Origin: Spirochaetia bacterium
GTDB taxonomy: Bacteria > Spirochaetota > Spirochaetia > SZUA-6 > Bin103
Assembly (NCBI GenBank): GCA_965208575.1
Contig: CBDBOV010000004.1
Coordinates: 544,001 to 608,000 of the forward strand
Direction: 5' to 3'
DNA length: 64,000 bases
The notes under the pieces were generated by a model. That model saw only the letters and a program-made list of their open reading frames with translations. It was not told the origin of the DNA and searched no databases. Each line of letters begins with the position of its first letter. The stretch's first letter is position 1. Shown piece by piece: positions 46,040 through 56,525 of this stretch. A program made the translations under genes and the position numbers.

Positions 46040-48499
46040 CTACCTCCCCGGCTCCGCAGCCGGCGCCGGTCCGTAGCCGTGGCACATGCGGTGGTGGGCA
46101 AAGCACGATAAAACGAGGTTCTCCGGCTCCGGGCCGCCTCCCTCGGCAACCGGCAGCAGGTGGTGGATCTGTAGCAGGTGGGGGGAATTGCAGCGGCGCC
46201 CGGTGAGCGGATCCCGAAAGCGGCAGCGTCCCCCGTCGCGCAGCCAGACGTGACGCCGGACCGCCGCCGGAATGGGGCGCCGCACCGGCGACCGGCGGGG
46301 GCCGCGCCTCGCACCGCGGGTGAACTGCGGCGATGCTCCCGTCGGCGCACCGCCGGCTCCACATGCCGGCGACACGCCGCCTGCCAACTCCGGCGCCGGA
46401 GGAGCGCCGGGTGAGACCGGCTCCGGGTCGGTACCGGCCGCCGCGGCGCCGCTGGTGGACTGCGGCGGCGAAGAAGTGGCCGGCGGGGACGGCGCGGCGT
46501 CGTAGCCGGCCGCTGGGCCGCTCCTGGCGAACTTCGGCGCCGCAGCCGCTTCCGGCGCGCCCGACGGCCCGGCCCGGCGGGCGGAATCTGCCGGCGCGGT
46601 GGTGGGCACGGCCAAGCGCGGAGCAGCGGACGCGGGCCCCCTTGCGGCCGTGCACGGCACTCGGAAGCCGGTGCTCCGACCCTCCGGCGCCACGGCAGCG
46701 GCAGGCGTGGCCGAAGCCGGCTCAGGCGCCGATCCTGTCGGGTGGGACTCGACAACCGGCGCCACCGTAGCGGCGGGCGCGGCCGAAGCAGCGCGACGGG
46801 AGTAGGTGCCGGGCACCACTGCACCGGCTGCCATCGCGGCTGGTGGTGCAGTGGGTGCCGCGCTACGCACCGGGGCAGCGTTGGGCGATATCGCGGCCCG
46901 GGGCTGCTCTCTGACGGCGACGGTCTCTCCCTGCGGCGCCGGCGCATCGCCGCTCCCACCCCCAGCCGGTGCGGGCGCCGGAGCGTCGGGTGTCGTGGTC
47001 CCCTCCGGCCGCGACGATGCTGGCGTGCCGCCCGCACGCCTCCGCCGGCGCCCGCCGCCGCCGGGATCGTGCCGCGCCAGCGCCTCGCACACCAGGCGCG
47101 CCACCAGGTCGCCCCACGACATGCGCGGGTCCACGTGCGACAGCAGGTTCTTCAGTTGGCGCAGTCCCTGCTCGCACTCCTGGTCGATGCTCACCTTCAA
47201 GGTGAAGCGGTCCGGCGCCGCGGCGCGCAGCGTGTCGCGCGGCGGCACCACCTCGGGAGCCGCGCTCGCCAGCAGGCCGGCGACCTGGCGGGTGGTCATG
47301 CCGGCGGCCTGCTCGATCAGCTCGCGCTGGCGCCGCGGGTGCAGCAACGGGGCGGCGGACACCGGGCCGGCAGACCGCCGGCTCATCGGATCACCCCGGG
47401 ACGGCTCCGGTGCGGGCGCCGCCGTGGGCCGCGGCTCCGATGGGGCCACGACCGGCAACGGTCCCGGCGCCGCGCGACTCGCGGGCGGCAGAAGCGGAGC
47501 AGCAAGGAGCTGGTCCGAGGAAGGTGCGGCAGGACCGGGAGCGCGCGGGGATGCGGGAGCGTGCGAGGCGGCACCGCCCGACTCCAGCAGCGCCGGCAGC
47601 GCATCGGCATGCCCGCCGCCGCGGTGCTGCGCGGCGGCGTGGCTCGCGCCCGGCACTACCGGCGTGTCTGCCGGCCCATCGCCCGCGCGGCCGGTACGCA
47701 GCGCATGCCCCGGCGCCGCCCGCGGTGGCGCGTACACGGTTGCGGTAGTCGAATCCGGGACACCGACCGGCTGCGAACCTGCCGCTCCCGGACGGGCATC
47801 GACTGTCGCCGATTCGTCGGAAAGTCGTCTGCCACGGTCGCTCCCGGTATGCCGGTCTTCACGCTCTCGGGAGTCACGCGGCGACTGCGCCGCCAATTCG
47901 TCCGACGATCGTGTGCCGCGGTCGCTTCCGGTGCGCCGGTCTTCGTGGCCTTCGATGTCACGGCGCCACCGCGCCTCCTGGTCGCCGGCGGCCACGCCGT
48001 GCGCGGCGGGCGCAGTCATCGCCGCGGCATTGGCCGCTCCCGCTCCCGCTCCGCACGCATCGGCTTCCCGGGCACCCGCTGCACTTGGCGTCGCAGGCAG
48101 GCCAGGCAGATCGTGGCAGCACTCCTGACCGGCGTTCGCGCTCGCTCTCCGGGATTGGCGCTCGGCGGCGGCAAAGGCGGTCTCCAACTGCGCCGCCGCG
48201 GTCAGGGTCAACTCACCGTTGTGCAGCTTGGCCCGTACCCAGCCGTGGCGCCGGCACAGCCGCATGGTCTGGATACGGCGTTGCGCCGCCGCATCGGTGA
48301 AGCGCAACTCCCGCACCGCGTAGTCGAACAGGCTCGAGAACCCGCGCCGCAGCGCCAGGCCGCGCCGGTCGATCTCGTCGAGGTGGTCCAGGATGTGCAC
48401 TTCGAGGCCCCGCTGATTGGCCGCGAGGCGCCTGGTCTGGTCGAGGAGCTGCTGATCGCCGAGCGTGCTGAAGGGTCGTGTGCCGGTGCCGCTTGTCAT
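46040..48499 (-). CDS. HNH endonuclease with DUF222-like N-terminus and long low-complexity linkers
   Basis: N-terminal HLDEIDRR.L...GFSSLFDY; C-terminal IPAAVRRHVWLRDGGRC...C...LQIHH..P...GG....NL...C..HH. Confidence 0.8.
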   Translation of the reverse strand: MTSGTGTRPFSTLGDQQLLDQTRRLAANQRGLEVHILDHLDEIDRRGLALRRGFSSLFDYAVRELRFTDAAAQRRIQTMRLCRRHGWVRAKLHNGELTLTAAAQLETAFAAAERQSRRASANAGQECCHDLPGLPATPSAAGAREADACGAGAGAANAAAMTAPAAHGVAAGDQEARWRRDIEGHEDRRTGSDRGTRSSDELAAQSPRDSREREDRHTGSDRGRRLSDESATVDARPGAAGSQPVGVPDSTTATVYAPPRAAPGHALRTGRAGDGPADTPVVPGASHAAAQHRGGGHADALPALLESGGAASHAPASPRAPGPAAPSSDQLLAAPLLPPASRAAPGPLPVVAPSEPRPTAAPAPEPSRGDPMSRRSAGPVSAAPLLHPRRQRELIEQAAGMTTRQVAGLLASAAPEVVPPRDTLRAAAPDRFTLKVSIDQECEQGLRQLKNLLSHVDPRMSWGDLVARLVCEALARHDPGGGGRRRRRAGGTPASSRPEGTTTPDAPAPAPAGGGSGDAPAPQGETVAVREQPRAAISPNAAPVRSAAPTAPPAAMAAGAVVPGTYSRRAASAAPAATVAPVVESHPTGSAPEPASATPAAAVAPEGRSTGFRVPCTAARGPASAAPRLAVPTTAPADSARRAGPSGAPEAAAAPKFARSGPAAGYDAAPSPPATSSPPQSTSGAAAAGTDPEPVSPGAPPAPELAGGVSPACGAGGAPTGASPQFTRGARRGPRRSPVRRPIPAAVRRHVWLRDGGRCRFRDPLTGRRCNSPHLLQIHHLLPVAEGGGPEPENLVLSCFAHHRMCHGYGPAPAAEPGR

Positions 48500-48822
48500 A
48501 CTGTAAGTATACTACTGGCCTTTAGATAGCACGTTTACTTCGGGTCTCAGACCCGGTGCCGGCAGCGCCTGTGGGGCGCGAAATGGCGCCTGCAGGGGCA
48601 CGCGGTCAGGCACTTGGCGGTTGCGGACCATTGCCGGGCTTCCAGGCGCACCAGGGGCCTTCAGCGGCAGCGAAAACTGCGTCAACCCCTGTCGGCGATT
48701 TCTGCAAGATTTTTCGGCGCAGGCGGCTTGCCGAGCCGGCCATGGTGTAGGCTTCCGCGATCCGCGCGAGTGTCGCGGGTCGCTGCATCGACAGTCGACA
48801 TCAATCAACAAGGAGCCCGACG

Positions 48823-49869
48823 ATGCCCACGATCCGAGACGACGCGAGAATCGACCCGCGCATCAGGAAAGTCTTCGGCGCCTTCCCCGCGCCGGTGAAT
48901 CCGGGCGATGCGACCAGCCGGGAGCAGCTTGTCGAGGAGGCCGGCTCCGAGGAAGCCGCCGCGATGCGCCGGCGGTGGGATGCATTCCTGGAGCGGAACG
49001 ACACGGAGGGAATCGCGCCCTCGGCGGGGCTGGCCATCACCACTCGGACGCTCGCCTCGGAGCCCGACGGCAACATGATCAACATCCGGCTCATCCGGCC
49101 CGACGGCAACGAGGCGGTGCCGTGCGTGTATTACATTCACGGCGGCGGGATGCAGTCGGGGTCCTTTCTGCAGGGCAACTACCGCGCCTGGGGCAAGATC
49201 ATCGCCGCCCGCGGCGTGGCGGTCGCCATGGTGGACTTCCGCAACGCGCTGACGCCGTCCTCGGTGCCCGAGATCGAGCCGTTTCCCGCCGGTCTCAACG
49301 ACTGCATCTCGGGCTTGAAGTGGGTCGCCGGGAACGCCGCCGGACTCGGCATCGATGCGTCCCGCCTCATTGTCGCCGGGGACAGCGGCGGCGGGAACCT
49401 GACCCTCGCCACGGGTCTCAAGCTGTTGCGCGACGGCGACATCGGGCTGGTCCAGGGCCTCTATGCGCTGTGCCCGTACATCGCCGGCAGGTGGCCGCTC
49501 GCCAAGCACCCGTCGTCGACCGAGAACAACGGCATCCTGCTGGAACTGCACAACAACCGCGGCACGATGGCCTACGGCATCAAGCAGTTGGAAGCCGGCA
49601 ACCCGCTGGCCTGGCCCGGATTCGCGGCCATCAAGGACGTGCGGGGCCTGCCGGCGACCGTCATCAGCGTGAACGAGTGCGATCCGCTGCGCGACGAGGG
49701 CATCGAATTCTATCGGCTGCTGCTCGCCGCGGGTGTCCCGGCACAGTGCCGGCAAGTCATGGGGACGATCCACGCCACGGAGATCTTTCCGATCGCCGCG
49801 CCCGAGGTGAGCCGGGAGACCGCGCGCAGCATCGCCGACTTCTGCCGCGGCACCACGCGCAGGGAATAG
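48823..49869 (+). CDS. Alpha/beta hydrolase (HSL-family esterase)
   Basis: HGGG, GDSGGG, DPLRDEG, H. Confidence 0.92.
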   Translation: MPTIRDDARIDPRIRKVFGAFPAPVNPGDATSREQLVEEAGSEEAAAMRRRWDAFLERNDTEGIAPSAGLAITTRTLASEPDGNMINIRLIRPDGNEAVPCVYYIHGGGMQSGSFLQGNYRAWGKIIAARGVAVAMVDFRNALTPSSVPEIEPFPAGLNDCISGLKWVAGNAAGLGIDASRLIVAGDSGGGNLTLATGLKLLRDGDIGLVQGLYALCPYIAGRWPLAKHPSSTENNGILLELHNNRGTMAYGIKQLEAGNPLAWPGFAAIKDVRGLPATVISVNECDPLRDEGIEFYRLLLAAGVPAQCRQVMGTIHATEIFPIAAPEVSRETARSIADFCRGTTRRE

Positions 49870-50070
49870 CGCCGGTACACGCGCTGATTGGTGACGGCGC
49901 GCGGCGGATAGGTCGATGCATGGTCCGAAAGTGCCAGCCGACGGACGATGCCAGTGCATCGATTTTCATCGTCTTCCATGTCACGGAGTGACCGTACAGA
50001 CTCATGCCAATCCGAGTCGTATGAGGTGGCCGACCGTGGAGGCACATCATTCCGGTGAATCTGGCACCGT
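49865..50070 (-). pseudogene. Scrambled 3' remnant of the duplicated secreted protein
   Basis: ASTYPPRAVTNQRVYRRY and YDSDWH match the C-terminus of 50863-51798. Confidence 0.65.
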
Positions 50071-50076
50071 GGGCGA

Positions 50077-50481
50077 CTAAGCAGGCGCCATGACCGTTAG
50101 TTCGCTGAAGTAGTCGCGCAGGTAACCACGATCGCGGGCCAACAGACGGTCGGCGCAGATCTGAGCATGCGCGCCTATGAGAAAGTCCGGCACGACCCGC
50201 CCGGCGGTTCCTCCGCGCTCCAGATACCGCGCAAAGTGCTGTCCAGCCAACGCCGCGCTGGCCGCATTGCCAGGCACGAACTCGATGCCGAGATCTTGCA
50301 GCATCTCCGTCAGCTCCGTGTTCGACTGCAGCGCGGGTCTGGTTTCCGCCACTACGCATTCGCACACGATGAGGCGCCCCTCCTGACGGGCGCGCCGCAA
50401 GGCGTCAACCGAAGCACTGGCGTGCAACGCATCGTCGGTAATCACATCCAGCACGACCGAGGTATCTACCGCCGTAGTCAC
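50077..50481 (-). CDS. PIN/VapC toxin
   Basis: AVDTSV, DFLIGAHA, LLARD. Confidence 0.9.
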   Translation of the reverse strand: MTTAVDTSVVLDVITDDALHASASVDALRRARQEGRLIVCECVVAETRPALQSNTELTEMLQDLGIEFVPGNAASAALAGQHFARYLERGGTAGRVVPDFLIGAHAQICADRLLARDRGYLRDYFSELTVMAPA

Positions 50482-50718
50482 TTACTTGCGAATACGCGCC
50501 AGGTACACGTCTACCGTCTCGCCGCGCGGTAACCGGCCGCGGCCGCGCCACTTGAGCAACGGGTCTTCGGCTTCCCGTTTCTGTGCGATCAGTTCTCCGC
50601 GCACTGCCGTGACCTCGAGCACGGTCCCGGGGCGGATGCCAAGCGTTTCTCTGAGTGCCTTGGGAATTGTGATCTGGCCCTTCTCCGAAACGGTAGTACG
50701 GTGACGCCTGCCAATCAT
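50482..50718 (-). CDS. AbrB/MazE-type antitoxin
   Basis: VSEKGQITIPKALRETLGIRPG. Confidence 0.9.
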   Translation of the reverse strand: MIGRRHRTTVSEKGQITIPKALRETLGIRPGTVLEVTAVRGELIAQKREAEDPLLKWRGRGRLPRGETVDVYLARIRK

Positions 50719-50862
50719 ACTGCGAGTGTAGCTATTCTTACCACTATGGTAAACCAGTTGGCCGGATCGGGACGCCCACCGAGGTTGAGCAACGTATCCA
50801 CCGGGAGCGACAAGCAATGACCGGCGTCACTACACGATCTACTCGTTATATCGTTGCCTCCG

Positions 50863-51798
50863 CTATGGCACCTGCAGCCGGCACAGCACCAGGTTGTCCT
50901 GGTCCAGATTGTGTGACCAGATGAAGTCGGCGCGCCGAAAGTTGCGGCGGTAGTCCCGGTACGCGCGCTGGTTGGTTACCGCGCGCGGCGGGTAGGTGGA
51001 TGCCTGGTGCCACTCCGAGTCGTCGTACTCCGGTGATGCCCAGTCATCGGGCACCGGGAAGTGCAGCGCCCGGCACGAAGCCGGATCCCGCTCCACGCAG
51101 GGCGGCCGCTCGGGACAGGCCGACGAGTCGGGGCCCGGGCCGACGCAGGACCGGTCCTCGATCGGGCTGATGTAGTAGGCCCGGCACTTCCAATCCGCGC
51201 CGGTCCCGGTACCGTCGCTGAACCGTGCAATGAAGCCTCCATCACCCACGTTCCAGCGGTCGTACTCCATGCCGACCCCGAGGTGCGTGCCCCAGTCCAC
51301 CAGCTTGACGGCGTAGGTCAACGGCTGCTTGGCCCTGAAACGGACGACCCCCGAGTTGAAAGGCACAAAGCCCACGGGGTCCCGTGCGACGATGGTTCCG
51401 TTGACGTAGAGCTCGTAGTAGTTGTCGCCGAACAGGTACCCGGTGACCTCCTCCCCGTCGGAATCGATCACGACGGTCTCGAGGTCGTCGAGATGCGCCG
51501 GGTTGTGGCCGAGACCGGTGCAACTGTTGTACAGGTCGGTCGGATCCGGCCCGTCCGCCGGCACCACGGGCACCTGCAGGTGCGTTCCGTCCGGCGTCGT
51601 CACGATCCCGCAGCGCGCCTCGATGAAGCGGCGCGCGCTCCCGGTGCAGGCCGTGGCAAGGTTCCCGCACGAGAAGGTCTCGGTCGCCAACCCCTGGGTG
51701 ACAATCCCCCCGTCGGGAGACTCCTGAGCGGACACGGCGCCCGCCAACATGAGTGCGGCGAGTATGCAGGCACCAGACCGGCGTGGGTTCACATTCAC
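50863..51798 (-). CDS. Secreted Cys-rich hypothetical protein, copy 1
   Basis: Signal peptide; DNYYELYVNG, GDGGFIARF, FIWSHNL..DNLVLCR. Confidence 0.8.
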   Translation of the reverse strand: MNVNPRRSGACILAALMLAGAVSAQESPDGGIVTQGLATETFSCGNLATACTGSARRFIEARCGIVTTPDGTHLQVPVVPADGPDPTDLYNSCTGLGHNPAHLDDLETVVIDSDGEEVTGYLFGDNYYELYVNGTIVARDPVGFVPFNSGVVRFRAKQPLTYAVKLVDWGTHLGVGMEYDRWNVGDGGFIARFSDGTGTGADWKCRAYYISPIEDRSCVGPGPDSSACPERPPCVERDPASCRALHFPVPDDWASPEYDDSEWHQASTYPPRAVTNQRAYRDYRRNFRRADFIWSHNLDQDNLVLCRLQVP

Positions 51799-51957
51799 GG
51801 CGCGGAAAGGTAGGCGGAAGCGGGAGGCTAGTCAATAGCTGACCGATTGACTTTTGTAGTGCTCTGTGCTTCAATGTGCGGGTTGGATGCATCCATATCA
51901 ACCGACCGTTCGTGTCCAAGCGGCAAAGGCGATCCGCAAGATGCCGAGGGCTGAGCG
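50865..51957. repeat. ~1.1 kb direct repeat (partner 59940-61028)
   Basis: Covers the gene, the divergent promoter region and the start of relE. Confidence 0.9.
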
Positions 51958-52153
51958 TGACCGCGTCCGGACGGCGTTGAGGACCCTCGCACAGAACCCC
52001 GACTCTGCCGATCTGGACGTGCGACGTTTGCATGGTCGAACCGGTTACCGCCTGCGTGTCGGGGATCGACGATTGATCTACGAGCGAGACGATGCAGCCA
52101 GCACCATCGACGTACTGCGCATCGGCAGTCGGGGCGACGTGTACAAGCGATAG
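51887..52153 (+). CDS. RelE/ParE family toxin
   Basis: DVRRLHGRTGYRLRVGDRRLIY..RGDVYK. Confidence 0.88.
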   Translation: MHPYQPTVRVQAAKAIRKMPRAERDRVRTALRTLAQNPDSADLDVRRLHGRTGYRLRVGDRRLIYERDDAASTIDVLRIGSRGDVYKR

Positions 52154-52158
52154 GGGGA

Positions 52159-52542
52159 GTGATGGCCGACCCGCAAGTGATCCGTGATGATGCAGGGCGC
52201 CCCGCCTTTGCCGTGATTCGTTGGCAGGACTACCAGCGGCTCACCGGTGGCAAGGTTGCCGACGATGACCTGTCTGATGAAACGCTTTTCGATCGAGCGG
52301 TCGACGAGAACGAGGAGTCGTTTCCGATCGCCGTCGTTGACCGAATCGTTGCCGGCGAGAGTCCGATTCGCGTGTACCGGGAACACCGGCGCATGACGCA
52401 GAAGGAGGTGGCAGAGGCCGCCGGCATCAGCCCGCTCTATCTCTCGCAGATCGAACGAGCGACGCGCACGGGTTCCGTTGCGACACTGGCGGCGATCGCC
52501 AAGGCGCTGGACGTGGAACTCGACGACTTGATTGGTGACTGA
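52159..52542 (+). CDS. XRE-family HTH antitoxin
   Basis: REHRRMTQKEVAEAAGIS..YLSQIE. Confidence 0.88.
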   Translation: MMADPQVIRDDAGRPAFAVIRWQDYQRLTGGKVADDDLSDETLFDRAVDENEESFPIAVVDRIVAGESPIRVYREHRRMTQKEVAEAAGISPLYLSQIERATRTGSVATLAAIAKALDVELDDLIGD

Positions 52543-52657
52543 CCGACGAACCGGCCTCTTCCAGCCGATGGCGCAGGCGTTGCAGTTCCTGACGGTTGCC
52601 GCTCCGGCCATCAGATCGGTCGCAACGCCATGAGCCGGGGCGCCGAGGGGCGGCTGG

Positions 52658-53662
52658 CTAAGCGGCGGGGCGGCGCGGCGTGCGGCGTGGGCGGCGCCCG
52701 CCCCCGTAGCGGCCGGCGGCGCCGCGCAGGCGCGGGTCCAGCAGGTCGCGCAGCGCGTCGCCGAACAGGTTGAGGGCGTAGACCGTCACCGTCAGGCACA
52801 GGCCCGGCCACAGCGCCAGCCGCGGCGCAATCTCCATGTACTGGCGGCCCTCGCGGCTCAGCATGCCGCCCCAGCTCGGAACGGTCGCCGGCAGCCCGAA
52901 GCCCAGGAAGCTCAGCGACGCCTCGGCGATGATCACGCCGCCGACGTTGATGCTGAACACGACGATCAGCGGCGCCGCGATGTTGGGCAGCACGTGACGG
53001 ACGAGCGTGCGCAGCGTGCGGGCGCCGATCGCCTGCGCGGCCTGGAAGTAGGCGTTCTCCTTGACCCCGATCACCGCGCCGCGCACCACCCGTGACGCGG
53101 GAATGCCGCCGGCCACCCCGAGCACGACGATGATCTGCACCACGCCGCGGCCGGCGATCGACATGATGGTGAGCAGCAACAGCAGCCCCGGAAACGACAT
53201 CCACGCGTCCACGAACCGTTGCGCGTAGATGTCCAACCGCCCGCCGATGAAGCCGGTGGTGCCGCCGATCAGCAACGCGACCATCACGTTCAGCGACGTT
53301 GCCGCCAGCCCGACCGTGATCGACAGGCGCGCGCCGATGATGAGGCGGCTCAGGAAGTCGCGGCCGACGTGGTCGGTGCCCAGCAGGTGCGCGGCCGACG
53401 GACCCTGCATCCGGTCCTGCACCCGGCCGCGGTCGAATTCGTAGGGCGCGAGCTGCGCGGCGAAGATGGTGATGAACACCAGTGCCACGACGATGAGGCC
53501 GCCAATGGCTCCCAGCGGCTGTTCCTTCAGCAGCCGCGAGAGGAAGCTGGCCGCCGGTCGCCGACGCGCCGGTGCAGGAGCGCCCGCCGCGGAGGGTCCG
53601 GCGCCCGCGCCTCCGCGTGCGCGGCTGGCTCCGGCCGCGTCGCCCGGCGCCGGCTCACTCAT
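52658..53662 (-). CDS. Peptide/nickel ABC permease (DppC type)
   Basis: LLGTDHVGRD, RHVLPN, GDALRDLLDPR. Confidence 0.93.
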   Translation of the reverse strand: MSEPAPGDAAGASRARGGAGAGPSAAGAPAPARRRPAASFLSRLLKEQPLGAIGGLIVVALVFITIFAAQLAPYEFDRGRVQDRMQGPSAAHLLGTDHVGRDFLSRLIIGARLSITVGLAATSLNVMVALLIGGTTGFIGGRLDIYAQRFVDAWMSFPGLLLLLTIMSIAGRGVVQIIVVLGVAGGIPASRVVRGAVIGVKENAYFQAAQAIGARTLRTLVRHVLPNIAAPLIVVFSINVGGVIIAEASLSFLGFGLPATVPSWGGMLSREGRQYMEIAPRLALWPGLCLTVTVYALNLFGDALRDLLDPRLRGAAGRYGGGRRPRRTPRRPAA

Positions 53663-54626
53663 AGCGCACCCGCGGATCCAGCAGGGCGTAGGTCAGGTCG
53701 GTGCCGAGGTTGATCACCACCACCACCGAGGCGAACAGCAGGTTGATGGCGGAAACCACCGGGTAGTCGCGCTCGTTGAGGGCAGTCAGCATCAGGCGGC
53801 CGAGCCCCGGCAGATTGAAGATGTTCTCGATGATGACCGAGCCACCGGCGATGATGGGCAGCTGCAGCGCCACCAGGGTCACCACCGGGATGAGGGCGTT
53901 CTTCACCGCGTGGCGGAGCACCACCCTCCGCTCCCCCACGCCCTTGGCCCAGGCGGTCCTGACATAGTCCTGGCGCAGCACCTCCAGCATCATCGTGCGC
54001 GTCATGCGCATCGTGCTCGCCGCCAGGTAGGTCCCCAGAATCAGCGCGGGGATGATCAGAATGCCGAGATTGCCCCAGGGGTCTTCGGTGAAACGGACGT
54101 GGGTCAGCGGCGGCGTCCAGCCCCACCAGATGGCGGGGTAGATCATCACCATCAGTCCCAGCCAGAAGTTGGGGGTCGCCAGACCGAAGATAGCGACCGC
54201 CCGGCCGGCGTAGTCGGCCACCGTGTACTGGCGAATCGCCGAGTAGATGCCGATCGGTGCGGCGATGATGAGCCCGGTGAGGATCGCCAGCAGCCCCAGC
54301 TCCACCGTCACCCCGGCCCTGCCGGCGAGCTTCTCCTCCACCGTGGCGCCGGCCGACGAGCCGCTGTACAGCGAGTGGCCGAGGGTGCCGCGCAGGACGA
54401 TGTCACCGATCCACTTCGCGTATTGCACGTAGACGGGTTTATCGAGCCCGAGCCGTCTCTTCAGAGCCTCCTCATCGATGGTGCCGCTCCCGCTGAAGGT
54501 CATCCGGGCGGCCATCACGTCGATGATGTCGCCGGGGATGAAGCGCACCGACAGGAACACCAGGAGGGTGACGATGAACAGGGTCGGGATCACCAGCAGT
54601 ACCCGCCTGATCACATACGCCCGCAC
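53655..54626 (-). CDS. Peptide/nickel ABC permease (DppB type)
   Basis: RAYVIRR, QDYVRTAWAKG. Confidence 0.93.
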   Translation of the reverse strand: MRAYVIRRVLLVIPTLFIVTLLVFLSVRFIPGDIIDVMAARMTFSGSGTIDEEALKRRLGLDKPVYVQYAKWIGDIVLRGTLGHSLYSGSSAGATVEEKLAGRAGVTVELGLLAILTGLIIAAPIGIYSAIRQYTVADYAGRAVAIFGLATPNFWLGLMVMIYPAIWWGWTPPLTHVRFTEDPWGNLGILIIPALILGTYLAASTMRMTRTMMLEVLRQDYVRTAWAKGVGERRVVLRHAVKNALIPVVTLVALQLPIIAGGSVIIENIFNLPGLGRLMLTALNERDYPVVSAINLLFASVVVVINLGTDLTYALLDPRVRYE

Positions 54627-54722
54627 CTCGGCTCACCTCCTTTACGAAAGGGGTGGCAGGTTGCGCCCGCCACCCCGTGATCGCACGTCAAACGCTGGCG
54701 CTAGATGCCAGCGCAGCTCGCG

Positions 54723-56525
54723 TCAGAACCCCATTTCGGCCTTCAGGTCCCGGTCGAGCCAGAGCCGGGCAAAAACCTGGACATCTCCTTGGTCCAGCAG
54801 GAACGACTCGCCGTTCCAGCCCTTGATCCACGGCTGGGCCACCTGGTATGTGGGGTACTTGAATCCGAATACCTGAAAATGCTGAGAGAGGAGGTGCTGG
54901 TCGAACTCTTTCGCGATTCGTATCTGCTCCGACTCTTCGGTCGTGGCGTTGAACGCATTGTAGAGCCGAATAAGCGTGGCGTCGGGAACGCCGCCCATAA
55001 ACTCTTTCAAATGATTCTTCTCTCCTTCCACGGCATAACGGTACCAGCTGAACATCGTGCTGATTTCCTGATCAAAGCCTGCGTAGCCGGTGGTCATATC
55101 GTAGAGCCCGTCGTCGCGGCGAGTGACCCAGGTGGGGGTGTCCACGGTGTTGATCTCCACCTCCACGCCGATCTCCTTCCAGTAGCCGGCGCCGATCTCG
55201 ACGTAGCCTAAGTCCCCGATGTCGCGGAAGTCGTAGGTGACCTTGAAGCGCACCCCGTCCGCGCCGCGCTGGTAGCCGGCCTCGTCGAGCAATTGCTCGG
55301 CCTTCTCCGGGTTGTAGCTGTATGCGTCCTGGAGCTCCTTTGGCCACTCGTCAAATGGGGTGTAAGCGGGCTTATTAGCGTTTCCGATGAAGCCTGAAGG
55401 GTTCCGTTGCGCGTGCCCGCCATAGTAGCTGTCGTTGATCGCATCGCGGTCGAGGGCCATCTGCATTGCCCGGCGCACGCGGATGTCGTCGAACGGCGGC
55501 TTACGGATGTTCAAGCCGGACACTGCGAACGCACTCTGGAAGTAGGGGCCCACTTGAATGTCGGGATTGGTGCCCAGCAAAGAATTGAGCACCTCGAGGT
55601 TAGGGATCAAGCCGCCGGCGAAACGGTGAAGTATGTCGACCTGGCCGGTGCGCATAGCGGCGATGCGGGTCGCTTCCTCCGCCATGAACAGGCCCTTCAC
55701 CTCGTCGACGTAGGGCAGCTGGTTGTCCGGATACTTCTCGTCGAAGCCGTGGAAGTCGGGATTACGCGTCCTGGTCATCGAGACTTCCTCGACGTGCTCA
55801 GTAAGCATGAGCGGCCCGGTGCCGACTACGTTTCGCCAGTCGGTGTAGTCACCGCGCTGCTCGATGACCTCGCGCGGCAGTATCCACGCGGCGCCCTCAG
55901 CGAGGATCGCCCGAGCCATAGTCAGGCGCGGCTCGGTCAGCTTGAACACGACCGTGTACTTGTCGCTGGCCTCGATGGACTCCCACGGCAACCCGAAGAG
56001 CTGGCCGGTGTACTCGGGCTTCCAGTCGAGCAGGCCGCTAGGGCGGCGGTATGCCCAGGCGACGTCCTCTGCGGTCAGTTCGCGCCCATTCATCGGCGCC
56101 TTGTCGTGCCACTGAATGCCCGGTTTGATCTTGACGATGAACGTGCGGTCGTCCGGTTGCTCCCAGCTCTCGGCCAGGTTACCGCGGAAGGTCGAGGTCG
56201 GCACGTAGTACCCGGTGAAGCTAAACTCGTCTCGGGGAAGGCCCCAGTCTCCCTGCACGAGCTGCTCGTTGACCCCGGAAAGCTGAAAGCCAGCCCAGCC
56301 TCCCGTGATCGACGGGTCGGTGTTCTCACCGAAGAATCTGTACGCGTAGGTGAGCGTGCCGCCGTACTCGGGGGCGGTGACCTGCATCCCGGTCGTCGGG
56401 TCGGTGACCATCGGCTTGTCCGCAGCCGCGGCCGCTTCCTCGCCGGCGGGCGCCGCCGACGCGTCGGTCGCGGCCAGGACGAACCCGATCAGTGCCGCAA
56501 CCCATAGTCTACAATTATGTATCAT
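54723..56525 (-). CDS. Family-5 ABC substrate-binding protein
   Basis: GGAGG RBS then MIHNCRLW signal peptide; AAADKPMVTDPTTG..APEYGGT; LAESWE, VGTGP. Confidence 0.92.
   Translation of the reverse strand: MIHNCRLWVAALIGFVLAATDASAAPAGEEAAAAADKPMVTDPTTGMQVTAPEYGGTLTYAYRFFGENTDPSITGGWAGFQLSGVNEQLVQGDWGLPRDEFSFTGYYVPTSTFRGNLAESWEQPDDRTFIVKIKPGIQWHDKAPMNGRELTAEDVAWAYRRPSGLLDWKPEYTGQLFGLPWESIEASDKYTVVFKLTEPRLTMARAILAEGAAWILPREVIEQRGDYTDWRNVVGTGPLMLTEHVEEVSMTRTRNPDFHGFDEKYPDNQLPYVDEVKGLFMAEEATRIAAMRTGQVDILHRFAGGLIPNLEVLNSLLGTNPDIQVGPYFQSAFAVSGLNIRKPPFDDIRVRRAMQMALDRDAINDSYYGGHAQRNPSGFIGNANKPAYTPFDEWPKELQDAYSYNPEKAEQLLDEAGYQRGADGVRFKVTYDFRDIGDLGYVEIGAGYWKEIGVEVEINTVDTPTWVTRRDDGLYDMTTGYAGFDQEISTMFSWYRYAVEGEKNHLKEFMGGVPDATLIRLYNAFNATTEESEQIRIAKEFDQHLLSQHFQVFGFKYPTYQVAQPWIKGWNGESFLLDQGDVQVFARLWLDRDLKAEMGF

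Noticed and set aside
44052-46655. 867-aa ORF as one protein
   Set aside because: GGT homology starts at 45872; the upstream part overlaps the HNH gene in another frame
48499-48520. LexA box upstream of the HNH gene
   Set aside because: tactgtaagtatactactgg does not fit CTGT-N8-ACAG; only a short agtatact palindrome
26899-52542. TA modules as integron cassettes
   Set aside because: No integron integrase or attC-like sites; the recurring gtcaa at their borders is explained as -35 boxes
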